64,000 bases of DNA from the NCBI RefSeq assembly GCF_011745625.1, contig NW_027191452.1:1302001-1366000 (forward strand). Reading direction: 5' to 3'. Below are positions 38,159 to 48,872 of this stretch, piece after piece; the stretch's first letter is position 1, and every line of letters begins with the position of its first letter. Source of the stretch: Cladosporium halotolerans (Eukaryota). The position numbers and the translations under genes are program-made. The notes under the pieces are model-generated. The model saw only the letters and a program-made list of their open reading frames with translations, made no database searches and had not been told where the DNA came from.

Positions 38159-38881
38159 CTAAGGCTCCGGAAACCGCGTGTACCTCGGCGACATGCCCCC
38201 GTCGTCATCGTCGCTCCGCGGCTCGTACGCAGGCGGCGGCGTCCGCGCCCGCGGCCGCACAACAGCATCGTACGCGGGCGGCGCGTCGGGACTCGTGTAC
38301 GCCGTCACAGCGCGGCGGTGGTGCACGGGTCTCCGCGCGGGAGGCGGCGGCGACGCTCGCCCGCCGGCTCGCGAGCTCTCGTTCGCCTCCTCTTCGTCGA
38401 AGTACCACGCGAACAAGCTTGCCGCGGGCGTCGCGCCGGCGGGCTGCGCCGTGCTGCGCGACGAGCTCGTGCTCACAGGCGCGGGCGCGGGCGTGGGCGG
38501 CTCGACGCGCCCTCTGCTCTCGAGCTCTTCGAGGCGCGACTCTTCGCTCTTCAGGTACGCGGTTTCGGGGTCCAGGTCCGGCGCCGACGAGCTGCTGCTG
38601 GCGGTGCTCTCCGCGCTGTCGCGGCGCCGCCGCTGGAACTGCGAGATCCAGCGCTCGCGCTCGAGCTCCGGCATGACGAGGAAGCGCACCCATTCGCTGC
38701 TGCTGAGCTGCTCGGGCTCGACGCCGCGCATGCGGAGCTGCGAGGCGGCGAGGTGTCGGCGGGCGATGGAGAGGGGGCGGTTCGTGACGGCTTCGACTTG
38801 GAGCGCGCCGAAGCCGCCGTTGCGGATCGCGGGCGTGTTGTACATTGCGGGGCGGGTGGCCCGGTTTCTGGTGGAGGGCAT
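38159..38881 (-). CDS. Hypothetical 240-aa protein with two PPxY motifs
   Basis: ATG in good context (aaaaccATG), GC3-rich coding style, motifs APPAYD and PPPAYE. Confidence 0.6.
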   Translation of the reverse strand: MPSTRNRATRPAMYNTPAIRNGGFGALQVEAVTNRPLSIARRHLAASQLRMRGVEPEQLSSSEWVRFLVMPELERERWISQFQRRRRDSAESTASSSSSAPDLDPETAYLKSEESRLEELESRGRVEPPTPAPAPVSTSSSRSTAQPAGATPAASLFAWYFDEEEANESSRAGGRASPPPPARRPVHHRRAVTAYTSPDAPPAYDAVVRPRARTPPPAYEPRSDDDDGGMSPRYTRFPEP

Positions 38882-39914
38882 GGTTTTGTGTGTTGTGAGA
38901 GGTGGAGGGAGGGGAGGCGGTGTCGTGACCCGGCTGGCGTCGACGGTATATTCGACCAGCCAGTTAGTGAGTAGTCGGTCCTGTCAAGACGTCGACGTCG
39001 ACGATCGTAATGCGCGAAATAAGTCGTCCGGTCTCCACAAGCGCGAAGTAAAGCAAGTCTTGTGTCCGGCAAGCTCGCGTGCAATCAAAGGGAAAGCCTG
39101 CGTTACTTTGGCCCTGTCCCGGGGTGAGTCCTACTAGTAACCCAAGAGCGGCAGCAGGGAAGCACACAGCCTCAAAGTCTAGGGTCCAGACCTGCAGGTA
39201 CCCCTCGCAACGACGAGCCGGAGTGGCGGCTGCTGCGGTATGGCTTCCAATCGGCAGCAGGCAGAGGATTGCCAGATAGGTTAGGCGGCACGGCTGGCGG
39301 ATCGTTCGCCTAATGGGATGGGGTTGGGAGACGGAGGGCTGCGAGAGGGAGTGAGGTGGCTGCGGGGTGGGAGAGGCACGTGGTGGGAGGGTAAATGGGA
39401 TGCGAGATATATGGATATTGGAGATGGGCAAACCGAGACGGGAACAACAGGCCTTGGGGCTTGGACGCGGCAGGAATGGTTTGGTGGTTGAGAGGGCGAG
39501 CTGGGGAGGATGATCTCATGCCGGGGAGGCAGCGTAATCGTCCCGAACGGGCAGGGCAGGCTGGCAGGTCGCCGGGAAGTTGTTGGCCTCAGTCCCCACT
39601 TCCAAGTGTGAGCGGCACTCGCCTCGGCCGCGGAGGGGACGAGGATGATAATTGCGCGGGCTGGGCTGCTGCGGCGGGCTGGGCGCTGGCGGCGCTGGTG
39701 GCAGCAGAGGCGGCGCTCACTGCTGGGGCGGCGGTGCGGTGGTGTTGCATCCGAGGCAGCGGGGCAGGCGAGGGAGGGTGGAGAAGGCGAGGAGGCGCTC
39801 GGCCGTCCCCGCCAACGGCCAGCACGTGTGATTGGCGGCTTGACCGCGCCCACGTCGGCTTCTGCTTGGCCTGCGCTTGGGACTGTAGTACAGCAGGGGC
39901 CGATAACGATACCC

Positions 39915-39930
39915 TGTTATCGCGATAACA
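39915..39930. promoter_or_regulatory. Perfect 16-bp palindrome made of two divergent GATAA sites
   Basis: TGTTATCGCGATAACA, with additional GATA motifs at 39902 and 39908. Confidence 0.4.
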
Positions 39931-40377
39931 CACCATAAGGTGTTCGTCTCGAGGGAGTCACTTGGCTCAGCGTGTTCACCAGAACAATTTCACAGTACCG
40001 ACACATCTGGACGGCTGGACTCGGAACTCTATATAAAGATACCAACGTCAGCGACCCGCTACGGCATCGCGACGCCTTGATATGGACCATGTGGGTTTCT
40101 CGCGTGCAAGCTGACGACACCGCCGACTCCCAAGCCGGCCAGCCAGCAAACGAGTGGAGAACGGCGCGCGAATAGCTGAGACACACATGCCCGTCTCAAC
40201 AATCCACCGACAGGCCAAGCACGCCGCAAAGGCCCAAGAGCGGACAGAGTCACACGAGCACAGCCCTGCGGCCTCGTGGGGCCTCCTCGCGCCTCCTTCT
40301 GCCCTATCCGAAGAGCGCCGGGGCAAGACGCAGGTACACGAATCGAATACCCACCGGGCTATGACATTACTGTTTAT

Positions 40378-41897
40378 TTACAGCCTCGCCTCGAGCTTCT
40401 TCAGTGAGTCGCCCAAGGCGTAGTCACACCTCGCCGTCTTGCTCCTCACCTTGTCGATGTCCGCCGGCGACGGGGTCTTGGCTTGGACTGCAGGGTTGTA
40501 GTCAAAAGCCGACGTTCTCACGACCTCCTGGTCCGACATCTTGCGGTTGTTCTTCCCGTCTGCACGCTTGTAGACGTTGACCACGACAGCTCCGCCTAAT
40601 CCCAGGTTGTGCTGCAGTGCCACGTCGCAGTCGACGAGCCGGTTGTTGGCCCATCCGCGGAGCTGCCAGCACAGCTCTGCACACTGTGCCAGGCCTGTCG
40701 CGCCGAGTGGATGTCCCTGGTTGTGGATGTCAGCATGCATACCAGGGGAGCTGTTGAGAGAGAACCTACTTTGCTGATCAAGCCGCCAGAAGGATTGATC
40801 ACCGGCCCTTTGCCACCGTAGGTAATATCGCCTCTCCTCACCATCTCATGCGCTTTCCCCTTCTCACAGAAACCCAATCCCTCCAACAAGATAAGTTCAT
40901 TCGCAGAAAAACAATCATGCAGCTCGCAGACCTTAATATCTTTCGGCGTCACGCCCGCTTCTTGCATAGCAGCCTGCGCCGCCCGTTTGGTCATATCGAA
41001 GCCCACAAGATCCATCGCGCTCCTGGAGTAGAGGGCCGGCGTGTCAGTCATCAACTGCTGCCCTGCGATCAAGATGGCCTGATCCCGCAGATGTGGTCTC
41101 TGGTCTAGGAACTTTTGAGAGACAATGACCGCCGCTCCAGCTCCGTCGCTCGTCGGACTGCACTGCAGCTTCGTGAGCGGGTAGTGGATCATCGTCGACC
41201 CCTCAATTTCCTTCAGCGAGTATTCCTTGCGGAACTGCGCGTACGGGTTGCGCTGCGAGTGCTCGTGGCTGATCCTCGCGATCTCCGCAAAATCCTGCGC
41301 TCGTGCGCCGTAACTGCAGTAAAAGCGATCGGTCAGCAAACATCCCAAAACCCCGCCCCCAAACCTACCCGCGAAAAAGAGAAAGGCAACAATCACAACC
41401 TACTTCTCCATATACTCCCTCCCCGCATTCGCAAAAAACTGCGCATTCCTCGGACTCCCGTGCACGCCCCTCGTCTCCTCCATCATCCCCGTCGCCAACC
41501 CCATCGGGCTCGGCCGATCCCCCCAAACACTCTTGATGCTCCCCGCGCTCATCTGCTCGAACCCCACAACGAGCACCGCATCCTTCTCGCCGCTCCGCAC
41601 CAGCGTCCGCGCCAATTGCAGCCCCGTCGAGCCCGTCGCGCACGCGTTCGAGGTGTTGTACACGGGGATGCCCGTCATGCCGAGCTGGTAGAGGATGCGC
41701 TGGCCGGACGTCGTGTCGCCGTAGCAGTAGCAGGCGACCGCGGCGGAGACGTCGTCGTAGTTGATGCGGGCGTCGAGGAGGGCTTTGACGGCTGCTTCGA
41801 GGCCGAGTTCGGGGTACATGCGTTGCTGGCGGGGTTTGATGAAGGGGGTCAGGCCGACGCCGAGGACGTAGGCGGGCTGCTGCGGTTGGGAGGCCAT
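40378..41897 (-). CDS. SCP-x-type thiolase (non-specific lipid-transfer protein thiolase domain), probably peroxisomal; 3 exons
   Basis: [49 protein letters not shown]. Ends in ARL (PTS1). Confidence 0.92.
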
Positions 41898-42664
41898 GAT
41901 TTGGGGAGTCACGGGGGGTGTTGCGGTTGGAGTTGGGTTGATGTGATGGGTGGGTTGGCGGGCGGCCGCTGCGCGCCTGGGGCCTGAGTTGGCGGACTGG
42001 AGGTTTTGAGGGGAGCTGAGTTGAGAAATGCGAGAAAGGGAAATTATAGCTAGGTGCCCTTTTATGATATACGATGTGATCACGACCAGCTGATAAAATG
42101 CCCTGTACCTATACCTCCAGAGCATTGAACCCTGGGGCCCCGCACTGCGAGCCGAGGCACTTGCGTCTATAGGTAAAACCGTTCGCTAGCGTACCTGAGA
42201 TACGTAGGTACCTCAGGTACGTCACTTGCGAGCCAGGGTCAGGGTTGTCTCGTCTTATAGCTGGACAAAGTACCTTTGTAGCACATTTTACCGTAGAAGT
42301 TTACAGATACGTAATGTCGACAGAGACTGATCCTCGCGCGGGACTTGCTTGATTGGAACTAGAGAGCAAGCGTCGAGTGTGAAAGAAATCTGGAAACGAA
42401 ATAATACATAGAATTGCAGAAGAAAAGGAAACTCGTGTAAATTTTAACCCAGGAAGACAGAATAGAGTCCGTCCTCCCGGCCTGACCTAATTCAATGATT
42501 CTTTCGATAATACAAAAGTCGTCCGCCAGACAGACAAAGTGCGGCAGTTGAAAGAAGAAGATCGAGAAGAAAGCAACAAACAACACCGACGCCATCGCTA
42601 ATAAATCCCAACCCTCGTCCGACCTAGTCCCCTCTATAACCCAACCCACTCCTTTTCTCCCCCA

Positions 42665-45600
42665 TCAGAACCTCCCACCCGCGCCAGCCCCATCGAACCC
42701 CTCAAAATCAAACCCCGCCCCATCCCCTCCCCTCAAATGCGCCTGGTCCCCCGACACGCCCCGCCGCGAACTGCGCCTCGGCACGCCGGGCTGCTGACTG
42801 GGCCAGGACAATTCGTCGACGGCCCGCAGCCAGGACTGGCCCTGCTCCTGGCCGCCGAGCTCCGGGTCGGCGTTCGAAGAGGCGCGGTTGGAGCGTGAGT
42901 TGAAGCGGGAGGGCAGGTCGAGGGCGCCGATGGGCGCGATGGGCGCTAGGGAGGGGATTTCGGTTTGCTTGGGTGCTATGTTGTGGGGGACGGGGTCGTG
43001 TGAGGAGAGGAAGTCGGGCCGCGCGCGGTTGCTGGTCGCGGTGTCGGTGCTGGGCCGGTACGGCCCCGTCGGAGGGCGAGAGTCGGACAGGCTGGAGACG
43101 TCTGCGCTGGGTCGGGAGCCGAAGCTGTAGCCCGGTTTCTGATCGGTCGATAGGCGGTCGCGGGTGATGGGGGTGTCGGGTTCGAAAGAGGGGCGGGCGC
43201 CGCGGTCGTCGTCGTAGGGCCCGCCGATGCCGAAGTCGAAGGGCTGCGTTTCCTTCGCCTGGGCCTGGCGGGCGCTGGGGCTAATTGTGCGGGATGCGCC
43301 GGCGGCGGCTTGCGGTTCGCCATGTTGCATGGGCGGGGAGTCGCGGTAGGGCTCTGCGTGCATGGGCGGCGAGGTGGTCATCTCGTGCTCTTCGTGGCCG
43401 TCGCCGCCGCCACCGGGCATCATGGGGCGTTGCATGGGCGCGGAGCGCACGACCTCGAAGCCTTTGCTTTGCTCCTTCTCCTTCTGCTTGCCGCCTTGCA
43501 TGCCGACGACGAGGCGCTGGAACCAGCTTTGGGCGTTGGCGGCGGGACCTTCGGGGTCGGCGGGACCGGTTTTGAGCTTGCGAGTGGGCTGGTCGGAAAG
43601 AGCTTGCCCGCGGTAGTACTGGTCGACTTCTCGGACGGCGTAGTCTGTCCTTGCAGCGCCGTCCTCGGAGTTACTTTGTTCGCGGAAGTGTTGGGCTATC
43701 GCGGCTTCTTTGGAGGGATAGTTGCTCTCGTAGCTGCCACCTCTTTGGTGTGCGTTCGCCTGGGATGGCGAGTCGGAGTAAGGAAATTCAGCGCTCGCCC
43801 CGCTCATTCTGCTCTTTGCGCCAGGCGTGAGAATATCCATGGTCGCTCGCCTGGCTCGGGGAGGTCTGTAGTAGTTCTCCGAGGACGACGGCCCGCCGGT
43901 GTCTGTCTTGACCCCTAATATAGGCCTGCCGTTTGGCAGGTAGGTGAACGCCGTCTGAGAACCGTCAGCATCCGCGCTGGGACTACCCAAGCCGTCGCTG
44001 GCGAAGTGTTCAAAGCCACTCATCCGGCGGGAGGTGGGAGTGACAGCAACTTGGTTCAATAGCTGCTGGCTGCTCGCGGACATGCTACGAGAGCGTCCGC
44101 CCGCATACGCGCTACGAGCATCAGAATCCTGCAGAATGGCCGCCGCGCTGGTCATAGAAGCACGGTCGGCAGTCGTCGGTCGGTTCTGACGCTTCTTCAG
44201 CATGCGCACGTTCAGTATGCTACCTCTAATAGCACCGTGTTGCGCGTCGCCGCCCACTCCCATGGAGCGGGCTATTACTTCAATTATCGTCTGAGCTGCG
44301 TTCAAGAAGAATCCGAAAACCAGAACGCACGCGTGGAGCAGTAAGATGGCGTATCCAATCCAGCCGCGAGGCGCTTCATCGACGCCGAGAGTTGGGACGA
44401 AAGCCACAGAAAGGAGAATCGTAATAAGTCGCACGGCCGCGAAAAAGGTGTGGTATGCGTTCATGCTGGTTTGGCCCTGGAATGGCCGGAAAGCGTTAAG
44501 AGTAAGGATGAGGATGACCTCGCAAATGGCAAGGACAATGATCTGAGCAATGCCGCTTGGCTGTACGGCGCCGATGGCGACGCCACGCATAAATGTAATA
44601 AGGACAGGGATAAAGGCGAATGGCGCAGCGCTGTCACTGTAGGTGTTGTAAAGTGGTCCGTACATCAGCACTGTCGGCATATCGTCGAATAGATAAGTGC
44701 GTGGCTTGGTTTTGAAAATAATCCGGAGGATCCATCCGGCGGAAACGATCATTACGAGTAGCAGGACGGCAGCCATAGCGACGACCGATGCGGGTGACCG
44801 CAGTGATATTACCAATTGGAAAAGACTGAGGGCAACGATAGGTAGGATGAAATAGTTGAATGCCAGGCGGACCATGTTGCCGACCGTGAAGGGAAAGTTT
44901 TTGTTCCTGAGGTCCTGTTCCGATGTGCTGGTGATGAGTCGGTAGATCCAGCGAAACAGGAAACCCATTTGCGCAAGTGCGACCACGATACCAGCAATGA
45001 CGAGCAACCAGATAGCCATACAAGCCCAAATGTCGGTGACATTGGTCATGCCGACCAACTGGCTCATTTGTTCGATTCCGTAGGTGCCGTTGGTCGTGTA
45101 GACGCCATCAGCCAGACTCTGGAAGCCGTCTCCGTGGCTGACAAAACTTTGGTTGAACAGAAGTAGACTCCAAGCCGTGTTGCTAACGGCAGGTTGGTAG
45201 AATCCAGGGTATTGAAGGCTCAAGCTGCCCATGAGTGCCACGAATTGGATGTATTGGAGGCAATCGCCAAATCCAGGGGTGACCAAACGCAGCAGATCCT
45301 CATCACGGCCATAATTGCTGCTCCATTTGAAGATATCCGCAGTCCCCCAAGGCGACCAGATGGCGGCAGCTAGCGTCGCAATGCCTTTCAATATCAGGAT
45401 GATCGCAGGCAGCCAAGTGAGCAATCCCGAGATCTGAGAACCTAGGTCGGGAGTGATATTGGCGCTCACGCAGGCGAGATCCTCCGCAAGCTCGTCGCCG
45501 TTGATGACCCGGACTGTGGCGGCGAGTGTACCAAACGAGTATGGACTGCCAAAATCGTGCGCGATGCTGAACGCAGGCAAGTCATACGGGTCGCTGCTGT

Positions 45601-46057
45601 TCACATCGAATCGTGGCCCCAAAGGACATGTGCCGTTCACCAGGGCTTCACAGAACTGCTGCGCCGGAGAGTCGTATGCATCATATGTCAAGAGCTTGAA
45701 TTTTGACAGCAGTGTACTGAACTTGTTCGCACTTCCAACGTCCACGATCTTGCCAAAGGTGTCATTCGGATTCGACCAACTCGGATCATCAGGAGGCGGG
45801 TATTCGCCGACCGTCGTCTGGCCCGTGACATTCCCGTAGAATGTGAGGTTCAATCCATGGCTCGGATTTTCGGCATCGAAGCGCGCGTCGACGTAGAGAG
45901 GGTCCCACTGCAGGCGGCGGGGCTCGGAGTGGATGGTGCTGTCATCGAGGCAGTTTGAAAATCGGATGAAGGCGGCGTTTACAGGCGCGGACAGTGAGAA
46001 GGCGAGGAGGAAGATGTAGGTCAGCGCCCGTCCGGCGCCGCGCGGGAAGGCGCTCAT
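42665..46057 (-). CDS. TRP-like/FLC-family integral membrane protein (ML-like N-domain, multiple TM helices, long disordered tail), intronless
   Basis: Signal peptide, Cys-containing luminal domain (CPLGP, ACVSANITPDLG), PGFGDCLQYIQF, LQYPGFYQP and many hydrophobic segments. Confidence 0.85.
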   Translation of the reverse strand: MSAFPRGAGRALTYIFLLAFSLSAPVNAAFIRFSNCLDDSTIHSEPRRLQWDPLYVDARFDAENPSHGLNLTFYGNVTGQTTVGEYPPPDDPSWSNPNDTFGKIVDVGSANKFSTLLSKFKLLTYDAYDSPAQQFCEALVNGTCPLGPRFDVNSSDPYDLPAFSIAHDFGSPYSFGTLAATVRVINGDELAEDLACVSANITPDLGSQISGLLTWLPAIILILKGIATLAAAIWSPWGTADIFKWSSNYGRDEDLLRLVTPGFGDCLQYIQFVALMGSLSLQYPGFYQPAVSNTAWSLLLFNQSFVSHGDGFQSLADGVYTTNGTYGIEQMSQLVGMTNVTDIWACMAIWLLVIAGIVVALAQMGFLFRWIYRLITSTSEQDLRNKNFPFTVGNMVRLAFNYFILPIVALSLFQLVISLRSPASVVAMAAVLLLVMIVSAGWILRIIFKTKPRTYLFDDMPTVLMYGPLYNTYSDSAAPFAFIPVLITFMRGVAIGAVQPSGIAQIIVLAICEVILILTLNAFRPFQGQTSMNAYHTFFAAVRLITILLSVAFVPTLGVDEAPRGWIGYAILLLHACVLVFGFFLNAAQTIIEVIARSMGVGGDAQHGAIRGSILNVRMLKKRQNRPTTADRASMTSAAAILQDSDARSAYAGGRSRSMSASSQQLLNQVAVTPTSRRMSGFEHFASDGLGSPSADADGSQTAFTYLPNGRPILGVKTDTGGPSSSENYYRPPRARRATMDILTPGAKSRMSGASAEFPYSDSPSQANAHQRGGSYESNYPSKEAAIAQHFREQSNSEDGAARTDYAVREVDQYYRGQALSDQPTRKLKTGPADPEGPAANAQSWFQRLVVGMQGGKQKEKEQSKGFEVVRSAPMQRPMMPGGGGDGHEEHEMTTSPPMHAEPYRDSPPMQHGEPQAAAGASRTISPSARQAQAKETQPFDFGIGGPYDDDRGARPSFEPDTPITRDRLSTDQKPGYSFGSRPSADVSSLSDSRPPTGPYRPSTDTATSNRARPDFLSSHDPVPHNIAPKQTEIPSLAPIAPIGALDLPSRFNSRSNRASSNADPELGGQEQGQSWLRAVDELSWPSQQPGVPRRSSRRGVSGDQAHLRGGDGAGFDFEGFDGAGAGGRF

Positions 46058-48359
46058 TGGGCGGATTTCATCGAGAGGCGGCGGTTGGACTTCAGCAGTG
46101 TGGGAAGTGGAGGCGTGTGCGCGCACCGGCGTGGTCGAGACGATTGTCGAGGTGAAAGGCGAAGGACGCGGATGGGGAGGCGGCGCGATTGATCGCCGAG
46201 AGGTGTGCGGGTTCAGTGGTTCGAAATGTAGGCGAGGAGACGGGGGTCACTTCATCGTCCGCGGGGGGGACACAGCGAGGGAGGGTTTCGAAGCGAAAGG
46301 GCAGGGCCAAGGAGCGTCGGGCGTGAGGTCGAGGATGGGTCGCGGGCGATGGGACGGGCGCGCACACGCGAGATGTTGGAGTGCGCGGGAAGGTTTTGGG
46401 CGAGACGGCGGGATGGAGGATGGGTGACGCCTCTTGCGCCTCTGCCGGCCTAATTCACGCCTTGATCCCTGCCGGCGGCGAGGCCAGCCAGCCGAGCCAG
46501 CGCGCCCGCCGCGGCGATCGCAGCGCTGCGCTACTAAAAGTACTACTGAGGCCACACCAGACCTCCACGCGCTAGGGAGACCCGTGGGCCCCGGCGACTC
46601 TCTCTCTGCCTGCGCCAGACACGCGGTGCAGCAGCCTCCTCCTCCTCCTCCTCCTGTGTCTACCTACTCTGTGCGATCATCCGCCTCCTCCTCTTCCACC
46701 ACTCGTCTCGTGCTGCACACCGGCACGTGCTCCGTCGCCAACACCATGCCGGGACACGCCCACACCCCCCGCCGCCAGCCTTGCAGATAGTGGCACGGTA
46801 TGCGCTGACGTCCAGAAAGGCCTGCCCGAAGCTTCTCTCGCTGTGATTGCTGCAGGGTTCCCATGACTTACCCTCGCAGCGCCGGAAACAACCATGAAAC
46901 CGCCTGCTTCTCATGTCTGCAAGATTGTTGCGACAAGCTCACTTTCGTCTTTATGCTCGACTGTCCTGGCAATCTCGTCCTCGCGCCTCGCCCGGTCAGC
47001 ACCCGCCATCCTTTGCGTGAGGTACCCACTCTTTCGCTCGCATCTCGACGGCTGCCCGCTGTTGTGCCACTGTACCTCGCCAACCCTGCAATCCGACTCG
47101 TTCAGCCGCCTGCGGGCGAGTGCGCGGCAGACTTCAGCTGTCTCTCAACCTCCAGGGCCGCCGCTTCGTCTCGTATTTGCAAAGCTATTTTCTGCACTGC
47201 TACCCTCGTGAGTCGATGCCGCTCGCCTTCTCTGGTCTCGGGACCGCGTCTATTCTCTTCAGAGGTGGCTCTCCTCACTTTTCAATCTTGAAAGGGCCCC
47301 GGAGTCCTCGTCGCGTTTGCTGTGGTCGATTCTCTCTCCCTGTTTCCCGATATGTTGAGCCGAAGCACGCGCTGTCACCGACCGCGACTGCCTGACCGTC
47401 GACTAGCCAGCCACTACAGGACTTGCAGTAGAGGGAACTCTCATTGAGGTTACGCAGAGTAGCAGGTACCCAGGCGATGCATCCCTCTTGGCACCGTTTG
47501 ATCCCATCAGCGGGAAAGCAGAAGCAGTAGGTATTCATCTCCATTTTTCTTTATGTCGTCTTTCCCATCATTGAAAAAGCATCAAAGCACTGCAATCCAA
47601 ATGGAGAGCGACGGCAAAGGTTCGCTGATCAACAGAGCAATCGCGACAGCACCTCCCGCACGCATCAACAAACCCACAGAGCAGCCGCTGGTCGCACCAA
47701 GCGAAAAACCAGATTCCTACTCACGGAGGCACACCTACCTTACAACATACCTACCTACTGCATTGCGTCTGTTCCTGCTTTCCTCCTCGACAAAAGCACG
47801 TTCTCAACCTTCGAAGTCGCTGTCTGTCACGTGATGTGCGATCACGACTACGCGCCACCCTATCCGACCACAACCACGAACGCGCGCAATCACGATCAGC
47901 CACAGTCACCAGCAGGCACAACAACAAACATCTACAATCACAAGCATCTTCAATCAGCAACCCGCCCCCCGAGCCCACCAAGAACCTGCGACCAGTAGAG
48001 GCCTGCCCACGCGTGCTTAGTCATCTCATGCTGAGTGGCCAGGGCCGATGGTTGAAAGCCTCCCGCCTCCCGGTTGCTGCGCTGAGAGGTTGGGATGGCT
48101 GGAGGTCGCGTTGAGAAGGCTGGGAAGGCTGGGAGGCGTTGTCAGGAGCAACGCTGGTTTCCAATATACTCAGCTCTCCTTTCCCCTTTTCTCCCTTTCC
48201 TCTTTCCTCAACTTTCGCGCGCAGCCTTTTGGTGAGTTACATCCCCCAGCACTCCACACACCCCTTTTCTGCCCTTTGGACATGGAAAGAGGCTCCATCT
48301 GATGCCGCTCGATGGCTCCTTGATGGAATTTGATGGATTCTGATGGCGCTGCTTCTCTG

Positions 48360-48650
48360 GATGCGCGCTTCTGGTGTGCCGTTACCTGCGCCGCTGGACC
48401 GCCAGGGCTTTCTCTGATCCGCTGAGATGCTTGCAACAGCTGCCGGCCTGGCTCTCAGCTTTTTGACTACTGCAACATTCTCATGTGCGGGTACCAGTCC
48501 TGCTGGACGGCCAAAACATTTCCATGACCGTTGAGATGCCTGTAATGCTGTAGGCACTGATCTCGGGTTTCTCACTGCCTCAAACATTTCGCGTGCTGGT
48601 ACCAGCTTCGCTGGACGGCAACATTTTTCCTTGTCACCACTGAGATGACT
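48360..48650 (+). repeat. Degenerate tandem repeat, about 109-bp period, about 3 units
   Basis: TGAGATG at 48423/48532/48641; GCTGGAC at 48393/48502/48610; G(G/T)TACC(A/T)G at 48381/48490/48598. Confidence 0.75.
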
Positions 48651-48872
48651 TCTTGCTGTGCTGATGGCTTGTGACCGACTCTACATGGCGCTGCTACTTT
48701 CTTTGCTGGACTTTGCTCCACGTGATCCTGCAACGAGATGGCCGCTGATCTCGACGCCCTGCATCTTTGGATGGGATGCTGCCATCTGCTTCATCACAAT
48801 CGTGCCGTTTTTGCATCACATCACTGACATGCGATTCATCGTAGAGTTCAACGCGTTCCCATCACCGCTGAA

